From the human T2T-CHM13v2.0 reference genome, Homo sapiens: a DNA stretch of 64,000 nucleotides. A program made the translations under genes and the position numbers. Numbering within the stretch: position 1 is the first letter of the stretch; each line of letters begins with the position of its first letter. The notes beneath the pieces are model-generated. The model was given only the letters and a program-made list of their open reading frames with translations. It did no database searches and was not told where the DNA came from. Shown one piece after another: positions 27,982-40,746 of this stretch. The DNA is taken from the NCBI RefSeq assembly GCF_009914755.1, contig NC_060944.1, one strand, 5' to 3'.

Positions 27982-28420
27982 CCAGTGTTTGCCAAACCAA
28001 CCAACAGTCACTATACACTTTTGCTACTGGTGTTATTATTTACCTAGTATGTTTCTTTAAATTGACTTACTTTTTAACATAAACAAATGTATTTTAAAGG
28101 GAAACTATAAATCACTATTTCAAATAGAAAAGCAACTAATATTCCATGACATCAGTAGAATTGACAGTCAAAATAAATGCAACGTAAGCAACTGAAGCAG
28201 GGTGTTTCTGCCTGCCAATGCTTGCCTCTGTCAGATAAGAAGAAGGATTAACAAGTATAGGGAGGTGTTAAAGCCATGGGGGCACTTAGCAGAGACTTTG
28301 TCACTGGCATAATAAGGATTGCAGGAGCGTTTTGCAAGGAGCCACAGTCCTGCCGTGCGATGCCATGTTATTTAACATGAAAAGCAGGCACCACGTGTAA
28401 GCATCTCATGGCATTTTCAG
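27982..28420. mobile_element. Probable hAT-Charlie fragment (a related piece lies at ~17690-17940)
   Basis: cagtgtttgccaaac terminus-like start; internal AT-rich segment similar to 17750-17850. Confidence 0.4.
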
Positions 28421-28989
28421 TCAATGATTGTCAAGCTGTACTCAGAAACCCAGGGGCCACCAGGTAGTGTTGAAGAGGCTCTAGAAAAAAGAGGAAGTAT
28501 TTCAGATTCTGAGGAATTCAGTCGTCAGTGTTATTTGTCTTATAGAGAGTATGATTTTTTTTTAAATCCTACTTCTATAAGGAACAACATAATCAACAGA
28601 GAACAAAGAAACAGGTTGAACCCTGCCGTTGAAATCAGGAGAATTAACCTTCTCATTGGAGGCATATTTGCTGGTTTAGGCCTCAAAGGCATTACATCAA
28701 CCTTGGATGAGACAATTTACTAAATAAAACCATGTTATTAAAAAAATGAATGGACCATACAAAATAATATATTTCATGTGCTCCCCTAGCTCTTTAGTGA
28801 AGTATGGCCCTCTGTGGGAGGTTAAATTATTAGCTAAATGTATATACTTGGATTTAAACAGAATGATCCACTGATGTTCTAGGAAGTAAATGCACTAACT
28901 TATTCTTTTTTATTTGCCAGGTATTTGCTTTTCTTTTAAATAATGCATGCAGTAGAATATGATTAATATAATTCTGATGCAGAAAAGCA

Positions 28990-29235
28990 AGATTGCACAC
29001 TTAGGAGAGAGGTCTCTGGAGCCAGACTGCCTGGTCTAAATCCCTGCTCTGCCCTTCATCATCTGTGTGACCTTGGGCAAAGTATTCAACCTCTCTGTGC
29101 CTACACTGCCCTGCTTATAGGATGAGGATGACAATAAGGGTATTACCCACATAAGGACATCATAAGGATGAGTAATGCATACAAAATATCTAAGAGTCCC
29201 CTATACAAAATATGCACTCCATATGTGCTACCTGA
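28990..29235 (+). mobile_element. MIR
   Basis: tctggagccagactgcctgg...tgtgtgaccttgggcaaagtattcaacctctctgtgcct. Confidence 0.85.
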
Positions 29236-29299
29236 TATCATTACAGTAAAAAAAAATTACACAAAATGTAATTTTTACTAATTTTAATTACAAAATGTA

Positions 29300-29840
29300 A
29301 TTAAAACTAAGTCTTCCTTCCACCCTAGACCCCACGCCTCTCCCCAGGCAAAGTACTGTAAAAAGACCCTTGTGCTTCTTCTCAGAACTACTCTATACTT
29401 ACCATCAAGTCCATCCCTCTCTTCTGTGCAAATGGGAGCCCACTATCCACTCTATTCTACATATTGCCTTTTTTGCTTAACAACATTTCTTGGGAATGAG
29501 TTCATTGCTAGTTTCATATCTCATTCTTTGCCAGAGCTGCAGAGTTTTGCATCATATGGGTGCACCAGAATTTCTTTAACTCATCCCCAGTGTTGGAGAT
29601 TTAGGTTGTTTCTAATATTTCACTATTACAGTCACTGCCAGAATGAATATATTTAAATATACATCTTTCATTCATATGGAAGAATATCTTTAGGGTAGAG
29701 TCTTAGAGGTGGAATTGCTGGGTCAAACAGTCCATTCATGTTTATTTTGATAGATATTGCCAAATTTCTCTTCAAAGAGATTGTGCCAACTTCCATACCA
29801 ACCAACCACATACAGAAGCACCTGTGTCCCCTCATTCTCA
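29300..29840 (-). mobile_element. Old L1ME-like fragment
   Basis: atttaggttgtttcta ... ttagaggtggaattgctgggtcaaa ... gatagatattgccaaatt. Confidence 0.75.
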
Positions 29841-29885
29841 AAATAATATTTTAAATACATTAACAAGATATACAAGGTAATCAAG

Positions 29886-30244
29886 TTTTTTAGTCTGTTT
29901 GAGCTGATATAACAAAATATCTTAGACTGAGTAATTTATAAGCAACAGAAATCTATTGGCTACAGTTCTGGAGACCAGAATTCCAAGACCAAGGTGCCAG
30001 CAGATGTGGTGTCTGGTGAAGGCCTGTTCCTCATACACAAGGACTTCCTGCCACATCTTCACATAGTGGAAATGTTAAACAGGCTCCCTCAGGCCTCTTT
30101 TATAAGGGCACTAATCCCGTTCATGAGGGCTCCACCCTCATGACCTAATTACCTCCCAAGGACCCCACCTCTTAATACAAACACACAGGGGGTTATATGT
30201 CAACATATGAATTTTGGAGGGACACCAACATTCAGACTATGGCA
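29886..30244 (-). mobile_element. MaLR LTR (MLT1A-like) inserted into a hAT-Charlie remnant (~29840-30570)
   Basis: ttagtctgtttgagctgatataacaaaatatcttagactgagtaattt ... acattcagactatggca; approximate 5-bp TSD tcaag/ccaag. Confidence 0.85.
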
Positions 30245-31062
30245 CCAAGGAATGCTATTATATGGAAGCAGTTATCAAAAGATTGAAATTACACATCTGT
30301 GAAATGCTAACATATGTCCTTTATTAATGCATCAAATAACAAAATCTAGTGGCAGGTAGGGGTGTGCTGAAAAGATACTTTTTAGCATACCGGCAACAAC
30401 CCTAATGTGGAATGAAGATACATGTTGATGATATGCTCACAGGTACTGCTAATAATACTGTTGTTTGTACTTCCCATTCGTAATTGAAGGAAATGCTTGA
30501 TTTGAGGTGGTGGCTAGTGCAAATAACAATGTAAATTTTTCCACCCAAGTTTTAGAGCCTATCTTGGAGCCAGCTCTTAGAGCCTCATTCCAATGAATGG
30601 CAGCTTATTTTTAATACATCAGGTCAGCTCCAGGAATGTACGCTTTTAGGGAAGCTCTTAAAATTCATGTGTGGGAATCAGCCTCCATCTAGCCTAATAC
30701 ATGCTTCACTGGCCTTCTAAAATAGCAAGCCGAGCAAGAAGACATAGACAGGCAAAGGACACTCTAAAGACACCCTCCGGAGGTGTCTGCCTCGGCTGTT
30801 ACTTAGAGCAACTGTTTGCTCCTTCCTGCAATACAGCTGCACTCCTCCACCACAGGGTTTTGGAAAATATCAATTAAATAATATATTTTAAACAACTTTG
30901 AAAAAGATAAAGGCATCTTTTTAATTTGGGGCACCCTATTAGCCATTAAGAATTAATGTTATTATCTCCTCATCTGTTTAGTGTTTAGAACCTCTCCCAA
31001 GTCTGCTGATAATGGTGGCAATGAGGGCCAAAGGATGGAGCTGCTTAGCTCTGGTAAATACT

Positions 31063-31358
31063 GGCCAGGCACAGAGGCTCATGCCTGTAATCCCAGCACT
31101 TTGGGAGGCTGAGGCAGGCAGATCACTTGACGTCTGGAGTTCGAGACCAGCCTGGCCTGGCCAACATGGCAAAACCCCGTCTCTACTAAAAATTAGCCAG
31201 GCATGGTGGCACACCTGTAATCCCAGCTACTCAGGAGGCTGAGGCAGGAGAATCACTTGAACCCTAGGGACAGAGGTTGCAGTGAGCTGAGATTATGCCC
31301 CCGCACTCAAGCCTGGGCAACAGAGCAAGACTCTGTCTCAAAAAAAAAAAAAAAAAAA
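31063..31358 (+). mobile_element. AluS
   Basis: Full dimer with A19 tail. Confidence 0.95.
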
Positions 31359-31850
<492 letters not shown>

Positions 31851-32599
31851 TTATATGACCCTGGCAACCTTAGGAGTATGGAAGAAAGATTTCAAACAAG
31901 TTTCTGACTATGTATCTTTTTCTAAATTTTTTTGAATGCTGAAGAAATGTTAAATTTCATTAAGTTTTACAGCCAGATTTAATATAGACATAAATCCCTT
32001 TAATGTTCGTTTCAGTCAAAAGTGAGCGGAACATTATCGTTAAACCAGTGCATGTGGGAGAATTACTTGAGGAAAATCAAAATAGGCACAGTTGGGAACA
32101 TTAAGCCGTGGCCATATTAGACGCAAGTAGGCGCAATAGCAAAATTCTTTAGGCTCTAATGGACTGGGCTATTTTGCTTCTCAGTTTCCATACAGATGAG
32201 CTTTGTTCTGGGGCAATATGGTTGCAGTTTGAGAGTCTATCTGAAGGAGCTCATTTCTCTTTCATTAGTCCATGAGCACAGTGCAATTTCAGCTAATACT
32301 GTTACACAGCTCCTAGCTGGGTTATTTGGTTAAATGCCTTCAGGGAAAGTAGCAAGACAGAATAAAAGGACAAATGCAATGCGGTTTCTTGTTCTGAGTT
32401 CCTGTAGCTGTGGAATTACATTGGCAGTTAATCATTACCACGTTGTACTCGTGATCATAAACTCCTGTTATTTAAGATGTTATTCAAGTCTCACAAGAAA
32501 CATCTTGTCTTCTGTGGCACAATTTCCTTGAGGTCGGGTTTGTGCACAACTATAACCATAGAGACCTGTTTCTTGTGCTTCGTGGACATGCTAGTAGGT

Positions 32600-32888
32600 A
32601 TATAGTGCCATTTGTGTGAAACTGAAAATGACATTCCCTACTGGTGGGTGAACTGGGAAACAGCACCCTGTCTATGGGCAAATTAGAAAAGATGTCCCCT
32701 TCTGGGTGGACAAATGAGCAAAAGGCAGCCCCTCTGGGCTGACCAATTCTTTTTTAAAGCCTCCTCCACCTTGGGGTGTGGGGGTGGTGCACATGGCTTG
32801 GTAAGTCCAATGCAGACCCTAGTTGCTCCCTGTGGGCAGGAACCCCTGGCGCAATGCACAACCTGCACAACTGTACACAACAGCCCTG
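32600..32888. mobile_element. MER91-like hAT-Tip100 element
   Basis: Terminus gcacaacctgcacaactgtacacaacagccctg; internal gcaaattagaaaa repeats. Confidence 0.6.
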
Positions 32889-33474
32889 ATTACAGAATCC
32901 ATTTTCACAATTTTGTAGTTGGACCACAGAGTTTGCCCCTCAGTACTCTAAAAATATCTGTTCAATCACATCAGTGGATGTCCATATTAAATACATTGGT
33001 CTTCTTTCTTATGGCAAGTAACTGCCACTCTCTGCCAAGGGCAGTGTTCTAACCTTGGAAACAAACAGGACACTCGTAGGTTGAGAAACAGAAGAACTAG
33101 AGGACGGTGACTCCTAGGGGCTTGACCAGTGGTGGGCAGTGGAGTGGTGGAAACCACGGTGGCACCTCTTCACCATCGCAATGTAATGCTCTCCTCAGCC
33201 TCCATCATTACCTGGTGAGCTGGGGCTCAGTATCTGCCTGATAACCCACCTTCAGCTAGCATGAGACACAGGAGGAGCAAGCTTCAAACTCCCAACAAGG
33301 TAGTCAGCCTAGTTCATACCAGATTCAGTGGCTGTAGCCCAGGAGAGAACGAGGTATGGGGCACGTATGTCTCAGAGCAGAGAGATCTGCCTAGAAAGAC
33401 AAAGACTGAGTGAGAAGCTATAGTGTGGGCTATCAGAGGGCAGCCTGGGAGCCCAAGAGGCCTTGGACATTGGT

Positions 33475-33690
33475 CAGGGATTGGCAAACTCTTTCCGATA
33501 AAAGGCCACTTTGTAAATACTTTAGGCTTTGTGGGGTTTTGTCACAACGACTTATCTCTGCTGTTAGAGTGCAAAAGCAGCGACTGGCAATTCATAAACA
33601 AATGGATGTGGCTGTGTTCCGATACAACTTTACTTACAAAAACAGGCCATGGGCTGATTTAGCTGGTGGGCCATATTTTGTGACCTTTGC
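33475..33690. mobile_element. MER58-type hAT-Charlie element
   Basis: cagggattggcaaactctttcc...taaatactttaggctttgtggg...tggctgtgttccgatacaactttacttacaaaaacagg. Confidence 0.82.
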
Positions 33691-36600
33691 TGTCGGTGAT
33701 CAAAGAAAGAGGACACAACAGGAGAAGTCAGGTGAGGCATTGCCCATACTGCGTGGGGCAACGTGCTTGCCAGCTTACATTCCTTGTTTCATTTTATCCT
33801 CACAGCAACCAACTAGTAACAGTTTTACCACCTACATTTTGAAGATGAGGAAACTACAGTTTCTAAAAAATAGGAAAATTTCCAGGGTCAAAAACAGCCT
33901 CATTTCAAAACCAAGTCTGTTTGACTTGAATGTCTCTCTTCCTTCCCCTACATCAAGCTGGTACCTGCAGACGTATTTGTCTAGGGCAGCCCAGCCAGGG
34001 AAGCCCATTGATCACAGAGGCATTAAATTCCAGATTTGAAGGTATGGATGGCAGTGCCAGGGCCAGGTGCAATCTCAGGAGCCTCAGAAGCTTCTCTGTG
34101 GATGTAAAAGCAATGGGCACAGCCACCATTGACTGCAGGAGCTCTCACCTCTCTCATCACCAGCCATTCAGATAGACAAGCCCCAAATCCGAAAGGTGTC
34201 ATCTGTGGGCCTGTGTCTTTGATAGCCAGGCAATTACAGCACCTCATATATAAAAAGCCAGAGGAATCTGTGAATATAATAAGTGACTGTCCTTTCTTAG
34301 CGTGGTGCAGGCCATCTGTTTGAAAAGTACACACTGCAAACAATGCCAAGTTGTAATTATTAAACTTTCTAGCTAAGAGCGAGTCTCATCTTTCTTCCTA
34401 ATTATGCATTCAAATATTCAGAAATTAAGCCTTAGAATTATTATATACCAGGGATGGGTTTTTTTCCCCTGTGCATTAAACTTTTAGAAGAGAACATGAG
34501 CCATCATCAGAAGTTTCTCCCAGAAATAACTCCCAGAGAAGCCCTGAGGTCAGCTTGGAATCAACCCAACCTTCTCACTTTCGGTGTGATGGTACAATGA
34601 TAATTCAAGTTCTTAATGATGACTCTGAATCATCTCGATCCTGAATCATCAGAGATTAAATTATTTTCACCAAACAGCTAGTATTTTCTAAAGCAGGAAA
34701 ATCGATTAAAGGATTTCAGTAAAAAGTTAGAGAAGTCCAAACAAAGCAAGCATCTGGCAAGCCTCGGTGACCAGAACATTAAATTCACCAAACACCACCT
34801 GCTCCAAATGTCCATGTTAATGGCAATTATAGAAGACTCCAGTAGCATTCAAGGCCAGTTTAACTTATTCCTGTACACAAATAACTTTATGGGAGACAGC
34901 ATTGTAATTCAAATCAATAAATGACTCGGTTTGGCTGTACAAGCATAAACAGAACGCTTGCAAAATATGGTTCCTCCTTGCTAGAAACCATTTGATTTTT
35001 AGCCAGAAAACATACAGCCAAACAAGAATAACAACTGTTTGCCTTCCTTAATGTTCAGTGTAGACTGTTACCCAAGGAATTAAGCATTAGTCATCAAAAC
35101 TTCATTGCAAAGGCAACAAAATAATTGGGGTTCCTGAGTTATCATCCATTTCAACATTCAGAGGCCAATTTGACCCCAGACAATACAAGGTCTTTCTTCT
35201 TGTTATAAAAGTGGTTGCAGAGTTCTGAGGGTTCTCTGCTGTAAGCTCTGCTCTCAGAACTCTCCAGGTCCTGCTTCCAACCCCTGCCATGTCCGGCCAA
35301 ACTATTTTCCCAGAGTCAGGAGCAGAGCCAACAGCCTCACTCAGACAGACCCCAGTGATAATTATCAGCCCAAAAGATAAGCCCAAGTGGAAAGTTTGAG
35401 AAGCCAGTCACTCAGGCAGCAGCTACAAAGGGACAAACACTCTCTAGTTTTCCCTCACTGACTTCATTTCCCTCTGCCAGCCTGGTAGAAACATGGTCTC
35501 AGTCCGCTCAGGTTTTGCCCCTGTCCTCCCTGTCTCCAGAAGCGCCCTCAAGCTTCAAAAGATTCATACAGCCTTCCAGAGAGGGAGACGGGGACCTAGT
35601 GCTGGTTTTCATCATCTGTCCACTCTGGCTTCTGCAGTAACACCATTCCCATTGGCCTCGGTGGTCAGTTCACCCGGATCCTGCCTAAACCCTGGATGCT
35701 TATTGTCCTGACCACCCGAATGTCCTAGGCCAGCTAGTTCTCAGCGTCACATCCTCACCAACCTCCGCTCCCTGCTCTCCACTGGGGATCAAGGGAATGC
35801 AGGATGGAGCTGCCCCAAGCCTGTAGCTCAGATGCCTCACAGGGGCATTTCTGATCTGCAACACTATGTCCCTGTTGTGAGCTGAGTCCCAGGCCTCTCT
35901 GAGGTTGGACATCCCAGCGTGCCTCTTCCCACTCCAACAGCACACCTCAGAAGGAAGAGGCAGCCTCAGGGGCCCGCTGAGTGGCCACTCGTGCTGGATT
36001 TCCACCCACCTCACCTTAGGGAATTTTAATTTTTTCTAAAGAGAAACAAACCAGATTGGGCAGATACTCTTCCAAATCTACTGCTTAAGTTTCAATCTCA
36101 GCTTTGAAGCCCAGAAAAAAAAGTATTAACTTGTGTTTCTCTCGATATTCCTACCCCACTAACTATACCTAAGAATGCTGTTATCTCTGAAAAATTCAGA
36201 GGTTAGGAGAACAGAACACCCTTGGGGAAGACAAGTTACTATTTCAAAATAGTATCTCTGAAAAAAACAGAAATCCAAATATCGCATGGGAAGTCAGTGG
36301 GAGAAAGGCCAAATCTGAGAGGGTCTCCCAGGAACACGGATTGCGGGCCAGATACAGAATTAAACTTTTAAAGTGAATGAAAGCAATCTGGGGTCTAAGT
36401 GGGGAAGGAGTCGAAAAACTGGCGACTTGCCAGTAGTTATGGTCAGTGGAGACGAGAAGACTTCCTCCTCTCTGAAAACCAAGTGTTGAATGAAGACCTA
36501 GATCCTGGAATAAAGGATCAACATGCTTAAGACTCCAGGCAAATTACTGGGCCAAATTTCAGGGTGACTCCTGCCCAAGTACAGCATTTATTTAAATAAA

Positions 36601-37943
36601 TTAGCATTACAACTCTGATTATTACAACTACTGGTGATTTTGTCACCTAAACAATAAAACAAAAATTAATGGAATTAGTGGAGTTGCTCTTAAAAACATT
36701 ATGCCACCACATTAGGCTTACAAACTCAAGTGTGTCACAAAACTTGTGTGTTATCTTATGATAAAGCACAGTTCCTAAATATGTCTCAGGACCCATAACA
36801 TCAAGAAATGCCAAAGCTGGAATGTGCCTCTAACCCAGTGTTTCCTGGCCCAGTGTATACTGTGAACCAAGAAGCCATCTGGGGTCTTCATTTCAGACCC
36901 CCAAAACAAAGGAGAGGAGAATGAGATGAGGAAAAAGGAACTTGAGAGAGAGCAGCTTCTCCAAGCAAGCAGAGAAGGGAATGGGGAAGGAATGGGTTAT
37001 TCACTAAACAATGGTGGATCATCTCCCATTACAGACCAGAATAAAAGGCAAACCAACTAAAGACCTAAATGTTAAAGAAAAAAAAAACCCACAAAATTGC
37101 TTAGACAGTTTTAGTGGCTACATAATTATTTTATGTGGGGAAAGATTCTCAGTGGGAAAAAGGAAGGTGCTGGATGACAGAGAATAGTACACTTTTGACC
37201 ATATGCTGTAGGGCATAAGAGTTCATACAGATACTTATTGAAGTTTGTAATGGTACATTTCTTTGTTTGATCTTTCGATTGATGTCTGTTCCCGCAACTA
37301 GGCTATAAGTTACATAAGGGCAGGGATGCCACCATTGTATTCCCGTACTTAGCAAAGTCTCTGACATATATTGGACTCTTAATGATATTTGTTGAGTGAA
37401 TAAATAAGGTCAATTGTGGACAACGTCAGGGCCTTGGGCATGGGGTTTAAAACCCATAAGGGGAAAGGAAACCAGCCTATGCTAGTCTGAAGGAAGAAGC
37501 TGGTTGTGAGCTTTCTGTGTAAAGCAAGGAAACTCTAGAGGCCATCTCACTTGTGATGTGAGAACTAGAACATCTGGCCATCTGTCCAAGGAAGGATTAA
37601 GGAAGCTTACCCTACACCTTGGGTTCCAGGTGAAATCCATTAACCACAAGGGCTACATCAACTTGAAAGGAAGACAGTCCTGGAGAACACAGGGCTTACA
37701 TTTGCTAACCCCTTGAAGGCTTGAAATAGGATGAAATGGGGAAGCCTGAAAGAGAATATCAAGAGAGGATGGAAAACCCCAAAGACATGCTTTGGCTCCA
37801 ACACAATTTTGTGAGGTTTGGTCCAGTGCAGCACACTAATCCAGCACTCCAGGGAGGACTAGAAACGTTTAAAGTCTCCCAGCGCTTTCCCTTTACTGCG
37901 CCTCTGGCTGTATGGACCTAATGAGATGCCTTGTGTTTTTCAG

Positions 37944-38020
37944 AATGCCGAAGCAAGTTACGACTTCAGCAGCAACGACCCCTATCCTTACCCTCGGTAC
38001 ACAGATGACTGGTTTAACAG
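37944..38020 (+). CDS. PCSK2: PCSK2 internal coding exon (77 bp, probably exon 6), part of the subtilisin-like catalytic domain
   Basis: Acceptor ttgtgtttttcag| with a cctaat branch-point-like motif about 22 nt upstream, and donor AG|gtaaac. Translates as NAEASYDFSSNDPYPYPRYTDDWFN+AG, which I recognise as PC2. It ends in phase 2 and joins the next exon in frame (AG+C = Ser). Confidence 0.97.
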
Positions 38021-40746
38021 GTAAACTGGGCCTTGGGAGGTCTCTTTGACTTTAGGCTTTGGGGTTTTATTCTACTTTGTTTTGTTTCAGGCTTGACTAC
38101 CACCAGCAAAATAATCCCCATGCTTCATTATATTATATTGTGATTTTTCTTCTTAGTGGTTACATTCTCTAAAGTGAAATTTTTAATATTACAATCTTCC
38201 TCTAGAATAATCTTTTGACTGTTTTGTTCTGCTAACTTGAAATTATTTGCTACTTTAATCCATTAAAGAGAAAAGAAAATAGAAATAAGAAGTTCTTTCT
38301 CAACCCATTACAAGGTGATTTAAAACATGCTGATTTTGCTTTATGTGTTGAAACTGTCATAGAGAAGTATTTTGCCCCATGGGTCTATGTGTTTTTGAAA
38401 AGCATTCTGTACGCTTTCTGCTATAACCCCATAACAGCTCATGGAGTCCCTTTCAACAAAACAGTAAGTGTGATTGGCAGAGGTTTGAAGTATTGCTTGG
38501 GACAAAGATCCTATGATGTCAAACTACCCAAACAGTCCATCCAAGAGAATAATTTTCCTTCAGCTTGTTTTGCCACTAAACATGGAAATGTGGTCTCTTT
38601 TTTCTTCAAGTAAACATTTTTCTTAAATGGTTAATTACATATAAGAGATATGAAGAAATAAAGATGTGCGGTTTGCTCAATGAAAGAATACTGTAATTTT
38701 TAAACCTAGTGTTTCCCTGTTATTGACGTCCTTGGGTGAAGTTCATAAAAACATATGAACTTCAATTAGTTGTATAAAAATATATGATGTGCAGAGCACT
38801 TTATCCATTTTTTTTTTTATTTCTCATGGCACTCTAAGTAGCACATAAAACAAATGTTGTCATTTTTAGTTTAGTGATAAGGAAACAGGCTCAGAAGGGT
38901 TGAAGGGCTTCCTTGGTCAAACAGTTAAAATTCAAGTCAAAGCCAAGATTAGCCCCATGCTTCAAATTATTTCCAAATCCACATTTGTACTATTCTTTGC
39001 TGAGTATCATTTCTATTATTTGATACAGGCAGCATGATGACCAGAATATGTTCAAGGGTAGAGCCTCAGTGGACAGGAAGCTTAGATTCTGTCTCTAAAG
39101 TTAGCAAGTTGACCTGAGACCCCTCAGTCTCATCAAGGGTTGACACAGGGTACACAGGTTCTGAGTACAAATGCAGAAAATAAGAAAAAAGAAAATGAAA
39201 TTTAATGTTGTAATATTTTGTAAAGATCATTGCTGATGTCGGATAGCACAATTCATTCTCTATCCACATCACCTGCAACCTGAAAATGACATACAATGCT
39301 TGGAGGTGTGTGTTTAGAGGATGAGAATGTATAAAAAAGGTCTGAAAACTTTTGGCATGAAGTGTGTTTTATCTCTGTGACTTCTAACCCTAGATGGTAG
39401 CATATATTTAGCAAATAAACCATTTCAGACACAAGAATGTGAAGTTACCAAATGTGTGCCATTAAGCTGGGGTTTAGACAGAATTGGCAGTGGCCATCCA
39501 GGGCACAGTGCTGAGAAGGGCCATGAGAGGGTCTGGCTTCAGCAGGATTGATTACCAGCTCTCCGCATGAATATCAGAAAGTGCAGTGGCAACATATCCA
39601 CTGGCTACTTGCTGTCTTTCTGTAACTAGTAGGTACTAAATTAGTCTTTGATGGATTGATGTAAGCACAAAAATATAACCAATGGAAAGATTATCCCCCA
39701 ATCTCATTTTCTGAACCCAAACAAAATCTACCCTAGTCAAATCTTCCTGGGCAATGTGCTATAAAAATACTCCTTAAAAAAACTAAAAGGTTCCACTCCA
39801 AGATGGCCAAATAGGAACAGCTCTGGTCTGCAGCTCCCAGCATGATCGACGCAGAAGATGGGCAATTTCTGCATTTCCAACTGAGGTATCTGGTTCATCT
39901 CATTGGGACTAGTTGGACAGTGGGTGCAAGGGGTCGGAGGATTTCCCTTTCCTAGCCAAAGGAAGCTGTGACAGACTGTACCTGGAAAAATGGGACACTT
40001 CTGCCCAAATACTGTGCTTTTCCCATGGTCTTAGCAAACAGCAGACCAGGAGATTCTCTCCCATGTCTGGGTTGGCAGGTCCCACGCCCATGGAGCTTTG
40101 CTCACTGCTAGTGCAGCAGTCTGAGATTGATCTGCAAGGCAGCAGCCTGATGGAGGGAGGCTGAGACTTGAGTAGGTAAAAAAAAGCGGCCAGGAAGCTC
40201 AGACTGGGCAGAGCCCACCACAGCTCAGCAAGGTCTACTGCCTCTATAGACTCCACCTCTGTGGGCAGGGCATAGCTGGAAAAAAGGAGCAGAAGCTTCT
40301 GCAGACTTAAACGCCCCTGTCTGACAGATCTGAAGAGGGCAGTGGTTCTCCCAGCATGGCATTTGAGCTCTGAGAATGGACAGACTGCCTCCTCAAGTGG
40401 GTCCCTTACCCCCATGTAGCCTAACTAGGAGACACCTCCCAGTAGGGGCCAACAGACAGCTCACAAAGGTGGGTGCCCCTCTAGGACAAAGCTTCAAGAG
40501 GAAAGATCAGGCAGCAATATTTGCTGTTCTGCAATATTTGCTGTTCTGCAGCCTCTGCTGGTGATACCCAGGCAAACAGGGTCTGGAGTGGGCCTCCAAC
40601 AGCCTGCAGCTGAGGGACCTGACTGTTAGAAGGAAAACTAACAAACAGAAAGGAATAGCATCAACATCAACAAAAAGGACATCCACACGAAAACCCCATT
40701 TGTAGATCACCAACATCAAAGACCAAAGGTAGATAAAACCACAAAT

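Noticed and set aside
33410-34039. 209-aa ORF, the longest outside the L1 and the CT tract
   Set aside because: Starts at GTG, runs through MER58 and MIR-derived sequence, resembles no protein I know and has no exon structure.
37736-37921. ORF just upstream of the first exon as an alternative coding exon
   Set aside because: It stops before the acceptor, is unrelated to PC2, and shows no sign of a promoter or donor.
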